In this document: positions 17,401 through 30,277 of the stretch, in pieces
Numbering within the stretch: the first letter of the stretch is position 1
Layout: each line of letters begins with the position of its first letter
From: Laetmonice hystrix
Taxonomy: Eukaryota
Assembly (NCBI GenBank): GCA_965235115.1
Contig: OZ249436.1
Location: 44,642,001 to 44,706,000 of the forward strand
Length of the DNA: 64,000 bases
Direction of reading: 5' to 3'
Notes under the pieces: model-generated
Database searches by the model: none
What the model saw: the letters and a program-made list of their open reading frames with translations, nothing else
Told to the model about the DNA's origin: nothing
Program-made: the position numbers and the translations under genes

Positions 17401-17714
17401 GTCAGGCTAGTACCCAAAAGTTGGATTTGTCAACCCCTGGGCGTAACTATTCAGCTCGAACCTTGTCAATAGTCCTACCAGTGATCACCCACAATCTATG
17501 GACCGTTTTTTTTTATATTTCTTCTAGGCAGTCGGAGAAGACAATAAAAAGATTTGGTCTCTTTTTGGCATTTAATTTTGGGATAATCTGCGAAGAGCCC
17601 CTGCACCTCGCTTTCACAATAAAATGGCCCTATTATCACTCACTTGCTCTGTGTTTTCGGTTCCTCGTCCTCCTTTGCCAGTTTGGGCGGAGTGACCTCG
17701 GAAGCCTCCGACAT
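14430..17714 (-). CDS. GATAD2: Transcriptional repressor p66 / GATAD2 (NuRD subunit), 681 aa; coding exons complement(17644-17714, 16969-17106, 14430-16266)
   Basis: CR1 coiled coil RRLVRALQEELRNEEAKLVLLKKIRQSQ; CR2 AAAKLALRKQLEKTLLQIPPPKPPPPEMNFIP; GATA-like zinc finger CVQCGTDFTPVWK..CETC..NQKKALKQEHTNRLKSAFVKALQQEQEIEQR. Two upstream exons join with GT-AG sites, both phase 2, giving MSEASEVTPPKLAKEDEEPKTQSNGETEDAD..SSKKRLCTEND. The ATG exon has its own acceptor at 17751-17752, so an untranslated exon lies further upstream. Confidence 0.93.
16423..16802. mobile_element. MITE with TTAA target-site duplication (Kolobok-like), in a GATAD2 intron
   Basis: TTAA|AGGGGCATATTATGA ... TCATAGTATGCCCCT|TTAA; TIR matches at 14/15; 380 bp, non-coding. 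Confidence 0.85.
17275..17439. mobile_element. Short TIR element (CAGGGG termini, hAT-like MITE)
   Basis: CAGGGGTAGAAAAATC vs GATTTGTCAACCCCTG (imperfect inverted repeat); no clear TSD. Confidence 0.6.
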
Positions 17715-18332
17715 GATGGGACCTCACTGAACACACTCACTTCCGACCTCCTGAAATGTACAACACAAAAACCAACTTTAAATAACAGGGGGCACCACTA
17801 GCTCATTGCAACGCTAAATTACTTACAAACACCAACCATGGGGGGGGGGGGGGGCGGGGACTGCAAGTTTTCTACATTTCTTTTTTCAAGATGCCGAACC
17901 CTAGCCCCCCCCCCCCCCCCCCTCGAACAACACAAACACGGACTCTGATGTTGAAAACAATCCGATTCTGAGGATTGGTCCTCCACCTCCACAACCAGGG
18001 AGCGCTGATGTTGGCGATTACTTTGATCAAAAATTATGAACCACAGGTTTGTGGAAAATATCTGACATCAGTTCTTCAAAATCTCTAGTATAATAATGGT
18101 ACACATTAAACTGACAAATTGAAAGGTTCCCCCAAAAAATTAATAAATACTTAATTAATTTTTAAAAATCATCAACTGAACAAAAATGCCTAAATGAACA
18201 ATCTAACAATATTCTGCCAATTGTGTGCTAAATCATTATATCATCTTTAAATTTTTGAAATTATTCCCATAAAATTCCAAGCCTGCACTATTCTCCACAA
18301 CATTGAGCTAGGTTACTACCCATTACTGGCGG

Positions 18333-18546
18333 GTCAGACTGTCACATTCTACAATGGCATCAACTGTGGGCAAAGGTCGGTTGTTACAATGACCACCTAT
18401 ACCAGTCAGACTGTCACATTCTACAATGGCATCAACTGTGGGCAAAGGTCGGTTGTTACAATGACCACCTATACCAGTCAGACTGTCACATTCTACAATG
18501 GCATCAACTGTGGGCAAAGGTCGGTTGTTACAATGACCACCTATAC
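18333..18546. repeat. Tandem repeat, 72-bp unit x3
   Basis: GTCAGACTGTCACATTCTACAATGGCATCAACTGTGGGCAAAGGTCGGTTGTTACAATGACCACCTATACCA repeated. Confidence 0.92.
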
Positions 18547-20441
18547 ATGATGACCAGAATGCCTCCATCTTCCCCATGCTGGGTGGTTAGGAGACCGACT
18601 TGGCGGTTACTGTTTGTGGTGGGCTCTCTATGTCTAACAGAGACTGAGACACACTGCCATGACAGTGAGAGAACTCTAATTGAAAGGTTGCAAAGCCAGA
18701 TACAGAGAGACGACCGCTCATCCCCAGCACTACATGGCATGCCTTTGTCATTGGCGTCACCTGCCCCTGCCCCCCCCCCCCACCCCCTCCTCCTCCTGGG
18801 GTAGGCATTGATCGAGCCTAATGTATGCATGGACCAGACCGACTGATGACAATACGCGCCACTCCCTCCCACCCACCAACCCACCCGCCCACCCACAACA
18901 TACAGTTGATGAGCATTGCCTGCCCGCCAGCCAGCCTGCCTGCCAGCCAGCCCCGCCCGCCCCCAGCATCTGTCTTCAATGCTTCCCCCTCCATACCAGT
19001 CCAACCCACTGGCTACCTCCACGTCTTCAGTCTGGAGTCTTCTCATTAGTGGAGTGAGAATAATCGGTAAATCCCACCATAATAACTAACATTCAATCCC
19101 CAGTGGTCATCAGTGATCAGTCCCGACATGACGAGCAGACACTGAGACAAACCACATCAATCTTATAAATACGGAAATCATTCAAAATCAACTCAATCAC
19201 CCAAAAGATCAATAATCAAAGAGAAATGTATCTAAAACAACCAGCTGCTTTAGGTCTCAGTGACTGTGATACTGAAATACCCTGCCCTCAGTCCAAACTT
19301 ATCCACCTCTCTCAAATGTTCAACCAGGTTTTCTAGATTTGCAGACTAACGATGTCACTGAAAACATGGACATTTGGTGATAATTGCCTGTTCTGCTTGC
19401 TCACTGCTGCTGTGTGCCTCTGGCCTGCATATATACGTTATGTATGAATATCCACACCTCAGGCCATCTCTCACATCCTCTCCATACATTCTGGACCAAG
19501 GTGTTCTTTTAACTGTCCTGTCGTGTTGTAGATCCTTGATATCCAAACAAACTCTGCCTTCTGATGTCCACACTGGACAGGTTTGGGTGTGCCTTCAACA
19601 TGGTGTAACCATAGTGGTGCCATACAGCTCAGAGTACAAACTCACCTTAGTCTCAGCATCATATGATTACTTATAATTGATGTCAGTCATGACCCGCTCA
19701 AGGAACCTGATTAAACTACGGAAATATATTCACGACATAGACTTAATGGTGCAATAAATTATCATATGATGCTTCTCTAAGTACTATTCTTCCAAGAAGG
19801 TTTAAATCTGGGTCAAGTGATAGCAAGGGACCAGAGGAGAGAGACTTTCCACCCTGGATGGGAGGGAATAAAAGGGTTATCTGGGAACCTACCACCTGAA
19901 GAACCTTCCCATCCAAACCCCCAAGTCAAAATACCTGGGGCCAGTTTACCCTAAATATAGGCTTCCCCACCCACCAACCCACCCACCCACCCACCCACAG
20001 CCCAGGGTCTGTGATCTGGATGGCAGTGGATGGGGTGGGGTGCCAGCAGCAATATAATGGCCTGCACCCTTATCACGTGAACCTAACAGCCCCCCCCCCC
20101 CCCCCCCCACCGACCTTCATTCGATTTCAACTCCCCCCATCTCCACCCCAAAAAAGGAGCAAAAAATACCAGACTGGTCGTCGGGCGGGTTTCTGTGATT
20201 ACATAGTCGGGCCGAGTGTCATTAAAACTGTGAGGTTGTTGTAATCGTTAGAACAGTACTGGGGGGAGGGGGGGGGGGTGTTCCAGGGCATTGGACCTAA
20301 TGGGTTCTTCTCCAGTCTCCAGACTCGTAGGACAGAGGAGGTATGAATCATAGGTTCATCCAGGAACCAGGCTGTCTCTCAAACTCTCTCATGTCATTCC
20401 ATCAGTGAGCTCTGTCAGTGTCACTAATGGACCAAGTACAT

Positions 20442-21430
20442 GTCCCTACATCATGCCACCAGGCAGCCCACAGCCAGTCCCTACATCATGCCACCAGGCA
20501 GCCCACAGCCAGTCCCTACATCATGCCACCAGGCAGCCCACAGCCAGTCCCTACATCATGCCACCAGGCAGCCCACAGCCAGTCCCTACATCATGCCACC
20601 AGGCAGCCCACACCCAGTCCCTACATCATGCCACCAGGCAGCCCACAGCCAGTCCCTACATCATGCCACCAGGCAGCCCACAGCCAGTCCCTACATCATG
20701 CCACCAGGCAGCCCACAGCCAGTCCCTACATCATGCCACCAGGCAGCCCACAGCCAGTCCCTACATCATGCCACCAGGCAGCCCACACCCAGTCCCTACA
20801 TCATGCCACCAGGCAGCCCACAGCCAGTCCCTACATCATGCCACCAGGCAGCCCACAGCCAGTCCCTACATCATGCCACCAGGCAGCCCACACCCAGTCC
20901 CTACATCATGCCACCAGGCAGCCCACAGCCAGTCCCTACATCATGCCACCAGGCAGCCCACAGCCAGTCCCTACATCATGCCACCAGGCAGCCCACACCC
21001 AGTCCCTACATCATGCCACCAGGCAGCCCACACCCAGTCCCTACATCATGCCACCAGGCAGCCCACAGCCAGTCCCTACATCATGCCACCAGGCAGCCCA
21101 CAGCCAGTCCCTACATCATGCCACCAGGCAGCCCACAGCCAGTCCCTACATCATACCACCAGGCAGCCCACACCCAGTCCCTACATCATGCCACCAGGCA
21201 GCCCACAGCCAGTCCCTACATCATGCCACCAGGCAGCCCACACCCAGTCCCTACATCATGCCACCAGGCAGCCCACACCCAGTCCCTACATCATGCCACC
21301 AGGCAGCCCACAGCCAGTCCCACTGTGGGTTGTACCATTGTATATCAGGGTTCAGTCTCAGCTCTCACGTTATAATGGACCACTACATGTCCCTACATCA
21401 TGCCACCAGGCAGCCCACACCCAGTCCCAC
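20442..21430. repeat. Minisatellite, 35-bp unit, about 25 copies plus one detached copy
   Basis: Unit GTCCCTACATCATGCCACCAGGCAGCCCACA(G/C)CCA; explains the three overlapping repetitive ORFs in the track. Confidence 0.95.
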
Positions 21431-22434
21431 TCTGGGTTGTACCATTGTATAGGGTTCAGTCTCTTAGAGGTTCTTAGCTTGTTGGGCAAGTTCCGACACA
21501 AATTAAGGTGTCCCTAGACTGTCCCTCAAAGGATCCATTTTTTGAATAACCCTAAACTTCTCTCCTTTCTTTAAATTCTTATCTAGCTGTTTATAATCCA
21601 CTGCCCTCTTTCCCACCAGTTTCATTCTGTGACCGATACTTGCTTTGTTCTCGTTACATACCTGCAAACCTAAAACCGTGCTGCCAGTTTTATCATCGAG
21701 AAAGAGCCGTACACCGATTGGGCAGAACTAGATGAAATTCCCATCATAGAATTCCACGGAACTCATTTTGTACTAATAGTAATTAAAAATACCCCCTGCC
21801 AAGACCAACAATCTCTACACAAACTAGTGTGGCATTTGAAATTGAAGAAGTGTGTGTGTGTGTGGGGGGGGGGGGGTGTCAAGAGTTGAAAAATTTCTGA
21901 AAACACGAATTCCTCCATTTTCTGAGAATATAAAAGCACAAAACATGAATTCACTGAGCGATGGTCTCGGCCCAAGTCTTCATGTTCTATTAATGTCCCG
22001 AATATATTGAGACATCAGTATGGATGCATTTAACGAGACACTCATTAAAGCTGGTTCAAAAGAAAAAGCTTACATAAAATAGCTGAATTGGATTTCCTGT
22101 CCATGTCCATGGCCAAGACTCCAAACTGGGTCACCTACAGGTATTTCAAATCAATAGTTAGTGTCAAGGTCACCCTTTCGTCAAAGAGAGCGGATTCTGA
22201 ACATTTGTCAACAAACTGGATTTTACTCATTTACATTGATCAGTCAAGTTGTTGAATGTTAACAATATGCAAATAGTGAGAAATAACATCTAAAATGCCA
22301 CATTAAATAAAAGGTCAAAGTAATTTAGTACAAAATGGTCATGACTACGTAAAAAAAACATGTTTTCTTGCGACTTGTAAATCTGGTGCTGTAAAACTTG
22401 TCAATGTTCAATTTTTTACAAGAGAAACTTCCTG

Positions 22435-22589
22435 GGGCCTGTCTCACTAAAGGCTGGTTATTAACCAGATCGTTAAGTTAACATAGGAGTGAATGGAAGG
22501 CTGCTGGTTACTGTAACCAGCAGCCTTCCATTCACTCCTATGTTAACTTAACGATCTGGTTAATAACCAGCCTTTAGTGAGACGGGCCC
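22435..22589. mobile_element. Near-perfect 155-bp palindromic MITE, PIF/Harbinger-like, CTG TSD
   Basis: CTG|GGGCCTGTCTCACTAA...GGTTAC-T-GTAACC...TTAGTGAGACGGGCCC|CTG; 77-bp arms with one mismatch, centre at 22512. Confidence 0.88.
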
Positions 22590-25500
22590 CTGGTCTGTCA
22601 CCTCAACATCGTAGCAATTTGATAAAATCTTGAATTCAGCACTTTTACCAACTACTTGGTACCTTTAGATTTCATGAATGAGTTATCAATTTCTAATTTC
22701 TGGCTACCTTTCTACATGCATTTAGTTATTATTAAAATTTATCACACATATACTTCTCTAGATCCAATGACCACGGTTAGGAAAATTCACAATTTTTTTT
22801 TTTTTAAAGAAAATTTTTTTTATTTAAAATCAATTTTTTTAAATATATTTAAATCAGATTTTTTTAAAACAAATGATTCATTAATTTAAAGGAATACTCA
22901 AAAATGCACCGTTTAGGGAATTAAATTGAAATTGTTCGTATTCACCAAAAGTCCCCCCACCCTTGCAGAAATTGTTTGTATTCACCAAGTCAGTGCTAGC
23001 AAAGTCACAAAGTCACAGAGGTGACATGGCCACCTTGTAACTGAGTATCATATCACGGAATCCTTCTGCAGTCACTTCAACAGTGAACTAACTTACTACA
23101 CATGAACTTTTAATAAATTCAACCAAAATGTAACCAAACTCACCTGAGCTTGCTATGAGAGACCTCCCAATTGTTTTCATGTGGGCCTGTTAACCCTACC
23201 CTGTATTAAATGGGCTAGACCCAATCACGGATATCACACCAAATCTTTAGTTAACAGTCTGCGAGTGTGAGATGAATTCAGTTTAACTGGCCAGGTAATC
23301 TTGTGGTCAATAGATAAATGCGTGGCTTGGTTTGTGTACAGTCACTTGAGTTGGCGAGAGTGGGGCCAGAAACTGATGAACCGTGACCAAGGCGGGACCG
23401 GAGCGCCCCCAGTGTTACCAACACCCGGCGCCTACAGTGGTGGCCGCCGGGGGCCCGCGTCAGGCCCTGCCGCCACCGCCTCCATTTTGAAGACGGTGTG
23501 TCAGGGTGTGTACACGGTGGCCTTTTGAATCCCTCGGCCCCCTATCAAGTCCTCCTGCTGCTGCTGCTGCCTCCCACCGCCCGGTGGCTGTGCCTCACAC
23601 AGCCTGATAATGTCCGTCTAGGACCTCCTCCCAGACATCACAATAGCTACTCCTACCACCACCTCACCACCGTGGCATCACCGCCCGCCGCCATGCCAAC
23701 ATCAACTCATTGTTTTTCAACTCAATTAGGCCACAGCGAGATGGCACAATGGCTGCCTCCGTGCAGTTTTCAAATTGGCTCGCATTATTACAGCGCTATC
23801 TGACGGGCCAGTGGTGACTGAAGGTTTCCCACGGTCATGCTCCTGCTGCTGCTGCCGCCACACACCTATGTACAATATCCCAACACTTCAACACTACAGA
23901 CAAATCCAGCACCATACACCAAGGTTCCACAGTACTGTCCACAACCTCCTGGTCACAGTGTTACCTCGGAGACCACTACCTGCCCCCCCCCCCCCAGCTC
24001 CCCCCCTCCCCACCACCACCCACCACCACTACCACCACCACCCCGTCGCGTATCAAACATGGATGCCGCCATATTAGCCAAGCGCCCGCACCCAAGACAT
24101 ACAGTAGGCCGTTACACAATCACATCTGTCAGCCACTGGTCTGTGACCCACCAGTACTTGGGGCTATTCCACCAGTAAATCCCCCTCCCACGTCTCCTGG
24201 CTGTTCTCTCATGCATGCCCACCCCCCCGTTCACAGCCCATCAGCTGTGGTGTTGGCTTACCCAACATTCCTCCCATATTATCATATTGACGCTTTGTAC
24301 CCCATAGATGGGCCCTTACCATCTGGCTTGCCCGAGAACTCCAGCCTTCATGTCAGGGAGTTTAACCCTTTCCGTCCTGGTCATCGCCGCTCCACAGACA
24401 TGCTATCACAGTATCAGCGTATGCATGTCCCCCTTGGCCAAGGTTATTTTGGGGGTAGGGTACTCTTCAGTGGGACACTGTGCCTACTATACGTATAACC
24501 CGCCATCACTGTTGTGGGGTAGAGGCCCACAACAGTGTGCCCACAACCCAACCACAGACCCACACACCAACCAACCAATCGCCTATTGATCATACAGATC
24601 AATGTTGGGGTGTTGAAAACACCTGCAGTAGGGACCCAAGACATGTACACAGAGCTTGCTGTACAGAACGTCTTGGGGGTTGAGTGACGCGGTACCTGCC
24701 TACCTGAGGTCTGTGGTGATAGCCTGGTCTGACTCTCCATCACACAACCCCCATACTGAGTCACACGACTATACATACAGGTGATAACTAGATCATACCA
24801 TGTCGTCATCATCACACCTTGATAAGATCATAAGTATGTCCAAAGGTGAGCCATGGTCCCACCCAGTGACAGAAGCTAGGCCCCCTTCTTCACTTATCTC
24901 ATTGCTACCAGACTCGCTTGTCCTGCCACTCTGAGGCAGAAAGGGGGCAGGGCATCGGATTTGGTCTTTCTATCCGAAAACTCTGACTACCATCGGGCCC
25001 AGTCTAAAGTGGGGGTTGGGAGTCTGCCCCACACAATTGGGCTGTATCTACTGGCCCCTAGGATACCACCTCTCGTCCCAGACTCCAGTAGGCCCCTACA
25101 TAACACAGAACCGGGATTTGCCCTATTCTTCACTAGTTACTAGTGAATTCTTCACTAGTTTCAATATCAGCTGATGTGTTTTTTGTTTTGTTAAAAAAAA
25201 CCATTTCCACTGAACTGATTCCAGCACATCCTAGTCAGATCCTAGTCTTACATCAGACAGGATCATAGTGTACACACGAGTGGAGTATTGGAATGGATAC
25301 CCCAGTACGAGTACCTCACATTACCCATTGGTAGTAGTTTATTGATCAACTGGTTCCTAACAAACAATCTATGTATACTACTTACACATGTTGATTGGTA
25401 ACCTGGCCGGGTTTTTCTCAAGTTTAAATCTTGCTCTATCCCAACCGAACAAACCAACGCTTTACTACATAGTTCTGATTGGCTGGATGTACTTGCAGCA

Positions 25501-27718
25501 GACTGACCAATCAAGAACGTACACATTCTAATTATGGGACACGTTTTTTATTTGAATATTCCCTGTATAATTGCTATTTGATTCTATATACGGGGCTAAA
25601 GAGACTGTTGGAAACTACACCTGCATAGATATAATCACTACCCGTATAAAACGATGCAGTGGTGTTGACTTTTACTCCAGTAACTGGTAGCCCGGGACTA
25701 AGCAGGAGAAGATGTTCACTGACTAGCCTAAACCTTGTGTCCACTAGCCCGAAATTCTGATAGCCCGACTTATTTTTACCCCCATCACACTTATAGTCGT
25801 CCTCTTGCCCACTGTGTCTCTCTCTGAGTCCCAGTCCACCAGAGAGAGTGAGAGAGAGCATGTAGCTGGGACTAGTGGCAGCCCGTTCACTCAAGCAGTA
25901 GACACCAGTGGCCCCGGACTAGGCAATTCCTCTAAACATACTTGTTCTCACCAGTGATCTGTCTTAAAATGTTAGAACCCATTCTAAATACTTCTTACCG
26001 TACCATGAATTCAACATATACCCACGCACGAAGTAATAGGAATCGGTGACCAGTGTGTAGTTTAGACATGACTCACATAATACAAGGGCTTCCTGCACGA
26101 TTTCACAAGGTTTTTTTTGGTGGGGGGAGGGGGGAGAGCACTTTGGGGGAGTGGTGCCAGTGGCTTGAGGTAAGATTTTTGAACAAAATAAAGCCAAAAC
26201 TTTGGGGCGTTACTGATTTAGGGGGCATTTTCGGTGGTGAACCTCAGAAACGACCTTGGTAATGACTGAATCCTTATGAATGGCTGATTGGAATGGGAAT
26301 TTTTAGCATCCAGAAGGTTTTAGCTTGGGTGGGGAGGGTGGTCTCACCAAGAGCGAAGAGAGGCTCTCTCTCAAATGGCACCTCCCCCTCCCCCTCCCCC
26401 TCCCCCCTGCTCCCAGTACACACTTCTTCAGTTCTTTTCTGGGATAGGTTACAAAATGCTGGAGCTAACTCTAAACATGATGTTACATGAGTCACTCGAC
26501 CACTTCATCAAAATCCACCCGTATACATTTATCAAACGAATTTTAAACTCATGTACAGCTAAAACAGCAGCGTCTTCCCATGAAGTGTTTGTCATCTTGG
26601 ATCAGCTAACTTAGCCAATGGTGGGTCATGTATCCAGACGTCTTTTTTAAAAGGTCCAAAAAATCTCCTCTCAGAAAATGACTTATTATCATGAACACTG
26701 CATCCTTCTCTTGGGGTTAAAAATAATACACCAATGCGACCTGTCCGACTACTTAGCTAAAAATATCTGTAACCGTTTCAAAATCTTCACTTTAGGGTCA
26801 GCAATAGATTGTTAGCTCATCTAACCTCTCTCCTACACTGCTCAACCTTTGTCTAGGAGCATATTTGCATAAGTGATCAGGAACACAAAAGATGTGTAGC
26901 ACATAAGTTGCAGCTGGCTTGCCGGCTGTATTGGTGGGAGGGCGGGTCGGAGGGCGGGCGGGCGGGAGGGAGGAGGGGAGGAGGGTGGCCTGACCTACTT
27001 TCTCCATTACCAGGGTAACCAATCTGCAAATCCTGGAGAATATTACATATATCCCGGTAAGCCGCAAAGGCAATCACTGTGCAAAGACAGTACATCACAG
27101 GCTTACTTGAGGACCTAGGAGGCCGCGCATAGCTGATGGAATCTTCCATAAAAATAGACAGCTGTACCGGTAGTCAGACTTGAATTCATGCTGTTTTTTT
27201 CTGCCCACTCAACTGGGAATAATGACTTGTGATCTAACTGCGCACACGGTCTGCCCAGGGCTACGATGGCATCAGAAAGACTGCTCGAGATCTTACCAAT
27301 GTCTAATTGCAAAGCCACACATCTCACTCTCAGGAAGGCACACTAAAAAATGTCGTAATTTACCCTTTGGAATTACCCTAACATTCCTCCTCCCCCTAAA
27401 TGACATATATGTACATAATTATGAAATATTGCACAATTTAAGCTTGGGGAAAATTAACAGAATTTTGACCTCAGAAAGGCATTGTGTTTACGTTCACAGA
27501 ACCATCCTCCCAAGTAGGGGCGTGGGGGCGTTACACTTACAGCCATACACGGGTCCTCCACAAGGCTGGGGGGGGGGGGGTGTATCTTAGTATAGGAAGA
27601 TAAAATACGAAATTATATTTACCCTCATCGTGTGTGTGTGTGTGGGCCTCTAAGATCCCTCCAGTCCATTGGTTCTATTTGTCTCGCCAAGGATATATAT
27701 ATGTCAACTATTTTAAAT

Positions 27719-28134
27719 TAGAGCTGGGATGATGTACTCTGTTCACGATACCAATATTTGCTCCAAAACACGATACGTATCTAAATTCCAGTCAAACTGA
27801 TACTGATCAATAGTACACAAAACAATAAACATGCCATATCACTCTCTTTCTTTAATGTTTGCCCTGGAGGGGGATAACATGCAGTACTTGACCAATGTGT
27901 CTAGAACTCATGGCTGCAATGTGAGTACGACACCACGGGCCATGGCTTTCGTTGTCCAAATTTAGTTTTCTATCACATTCTATCCCGTTTTAACGCCTTC
28001 TTGATAACAAATCAAGAATATTAAAACATATCAATATATAAATAGATCATATTCACAGTTTTTGAACCATAAATTGTATTGTTCAGTGAAAAAGTCGTGA
28101 TTCACAATTGTATCGATGAATTGTCCCAGCACTA
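27719..28134. mobile_element. Degenerate TIR element (TAG-GCTG termini, ACGATA subterminal motifs, hAT-like)
   Basis: TAGAGCTGGGATGAT vs ATTGTCCCAGCACTA; a similar left end TAGGGCTG..ACGATA occurs near 61008. Confidence 0.55.
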
Positions 28135-30140
28135 TCAACTATCATGATCCTTACATAAGTTTACAGAAATTTGACCACTCCGACAACCCATAAAGTAAAG
28201 GAGTCTTTTCAAGGACTTTCAGCAGGGGGGCAAGTTCGCTAAATAAAGACAGAAAACTTTGGGGGATTAAATGATTTGGGGATTTGGGGTCCTGACCTAT
28301 TGTTGGCGCAATGTGACAATAAGTTGATTTAGAGAGCATGGCATTGGCAAGGGTAGCAGGAATTACAGAGTCCAACAACTTACAGACACCGGTACATGAC
28401 AGCCCCTACCCGGACACACCGCCCTGGTCTGAGGTCCGCCATAGGGGGCGGGACGGGGGAGGGGGGACAGGGAGGGGGTCACCCTGCTGCTATCCCTTTG
28501 TCCCTCAACCACCACCACCTTATCATATGGCCCCTACATTATCTTCACCACACCTCTGGGCCAGGAATGGACGACAACTTGCCCCAGCTGTAGATTTCCT
28601 TGGTCAGTCATGTGGTGGAGAGGGTAGCCAAGAAAGATCTCTAGCCGGCCGGGTATATCACCCAGTTCTAAATCTACCCAACCTCAACCCCCCCACCCCC
28701 ACCCCCAGCGGTAGATCTCCCTCCTCAGATGCATGTCTGACCCAAGCACCAGCGCTGCTGCCAGGTGTACAGGTTGACCTATTTGACTACAAACTAACAT
28801 GCAAATGGCTGCCCAGACGTGGAGCCCTTTCCCCCGCCCCAGACACGGCCCATACCTCCTGGGACAGTCACCCCCATCATAGTACCCCACCCCCACCCTT
28901 CATTACCCCTGTCATGACCCAGACCAGGGGGGGGTTCAATCAGTGACCTTCCTGATATTCAATTTGTGTTAATTCTGGTCAAACCCAGCAGTCCGAGGCG
29001 TCACCTCCCTTCTATAGGAACTGGACATTTTACATATATATGCCGGGAGGCCATAATGACCTGCCTGCCGTAGGCCTGAATGATGGCGTGGTCACTGCCC
29101 GGAGTGGGAGGCTCAGGCCAAAGTTCACTCTTCTCACAGCCAGCCAAACTTTCTGATACTAAACTCAAGGCAGACACTTCTCAGGGTTGTGAATGAGCGA
29201 TATGAATTTAGTTCCATACGTACACATTCCTAATCTATAATAGCTTGGTAATGTACCTGGCTGTAAAACTAAGAGTAACCTTCAAGTGTTCCTCTTTTTT
29301 TAAACTTTATCAGTCCTCTCTTGGCACCGTCTTCCTTTTCACCATGACCTCATAAATTTTCTAAGACACAAGGAAGCACCCATGAACATTTACGCCTGTG
29401 TCAAATGCTAGAAAACTGGCTTGGAACTGAATTTTTTTAAAAGTATTGTTCTATATGCCTGACTCGGAGAAATTCATCTGTATTTTAAAATCAGTTTAAA
29501 TTGATACATGTATGTATTCATTGAGTCTTGATCTAAATCCATGCATAGCACTTGAAGAACAATTGGTTGAAATTGATTGCTGTTCACTCAGGTATTGCGC
29601 AAATGTTCAATCTGCACCGATGTTCTATAACATTTTATAATATTAGTAGGCCTACTAAATACTAATCGTCTAGTCGGACTGTGAGCATCCACATGCCATC
29701 TCCCATCAGAGGTAACCAGCTAGCTCTGTTGTTTCCTTGGGTCAACAACAAAATGTTTTTACTTCCAAGATGGCCGTTTCTGTCTTCTCCACTCAGGGTC
29801 CCAACCTATCTGATCATGCAATGTTGACGTCATGCAATGGCAAGGAAATCATTAACAAAATCTGTCAATAAGAACTTTACACCAATGTGACCAAATGAGG
29901 AGGGAAACTTAGTATTTCAAAACACGACTATCTGCAGGACCACTGGTCAGGACTTGTGGTGTTCATAAACAGTTTGACGTTCTCTGTGCACTGCGACGAA
30001 TTGATGCTTTTTAAAACAAGAAATTATCAGGGTTTTGCTAAGAAAATAATCCACTCTCCAGTTAGTAACCCATCACCTTCAATGAGAAGTTGTTTGGGAT
30101 TTTTCAGTTTCCACCTGACGAAGCTGGGAGGGTGGTCCAG

Positions 30141-30277
30141 GGGACCGTTTCACTAAACACTCGTATTTTACGAGCTCGTATATTCTATAGGTCACAATAG
30201 CAAAATCTACGAGTTTTTTGTTGTTTACGAGCTATAAGGCCATACAGGAGCTCGTACAGTCTTAGTGAAACGAGCCC
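30141..30277. mobile_element. PIF/Harbinger-like MITE with CAG TSD
   Basis: CAG|GGGACCGTTTCACTAA ... TTAGTGAAACGAGCCC|CAG; TIR related to the 22435 element. Confidence 0.8.

Noticed and set aside
20405..21517. Three long ORFs (311-370 aa) as protein genes
   Set aside because: They are fully explained by a stop-free 35-bp minisatellite; no domain or splice support.
28338..28946. 202-aa Pro/Gly-rich ORF
   Set aside because: Low-complexity C/G-run sequence with no recognisable domain or exon structure.
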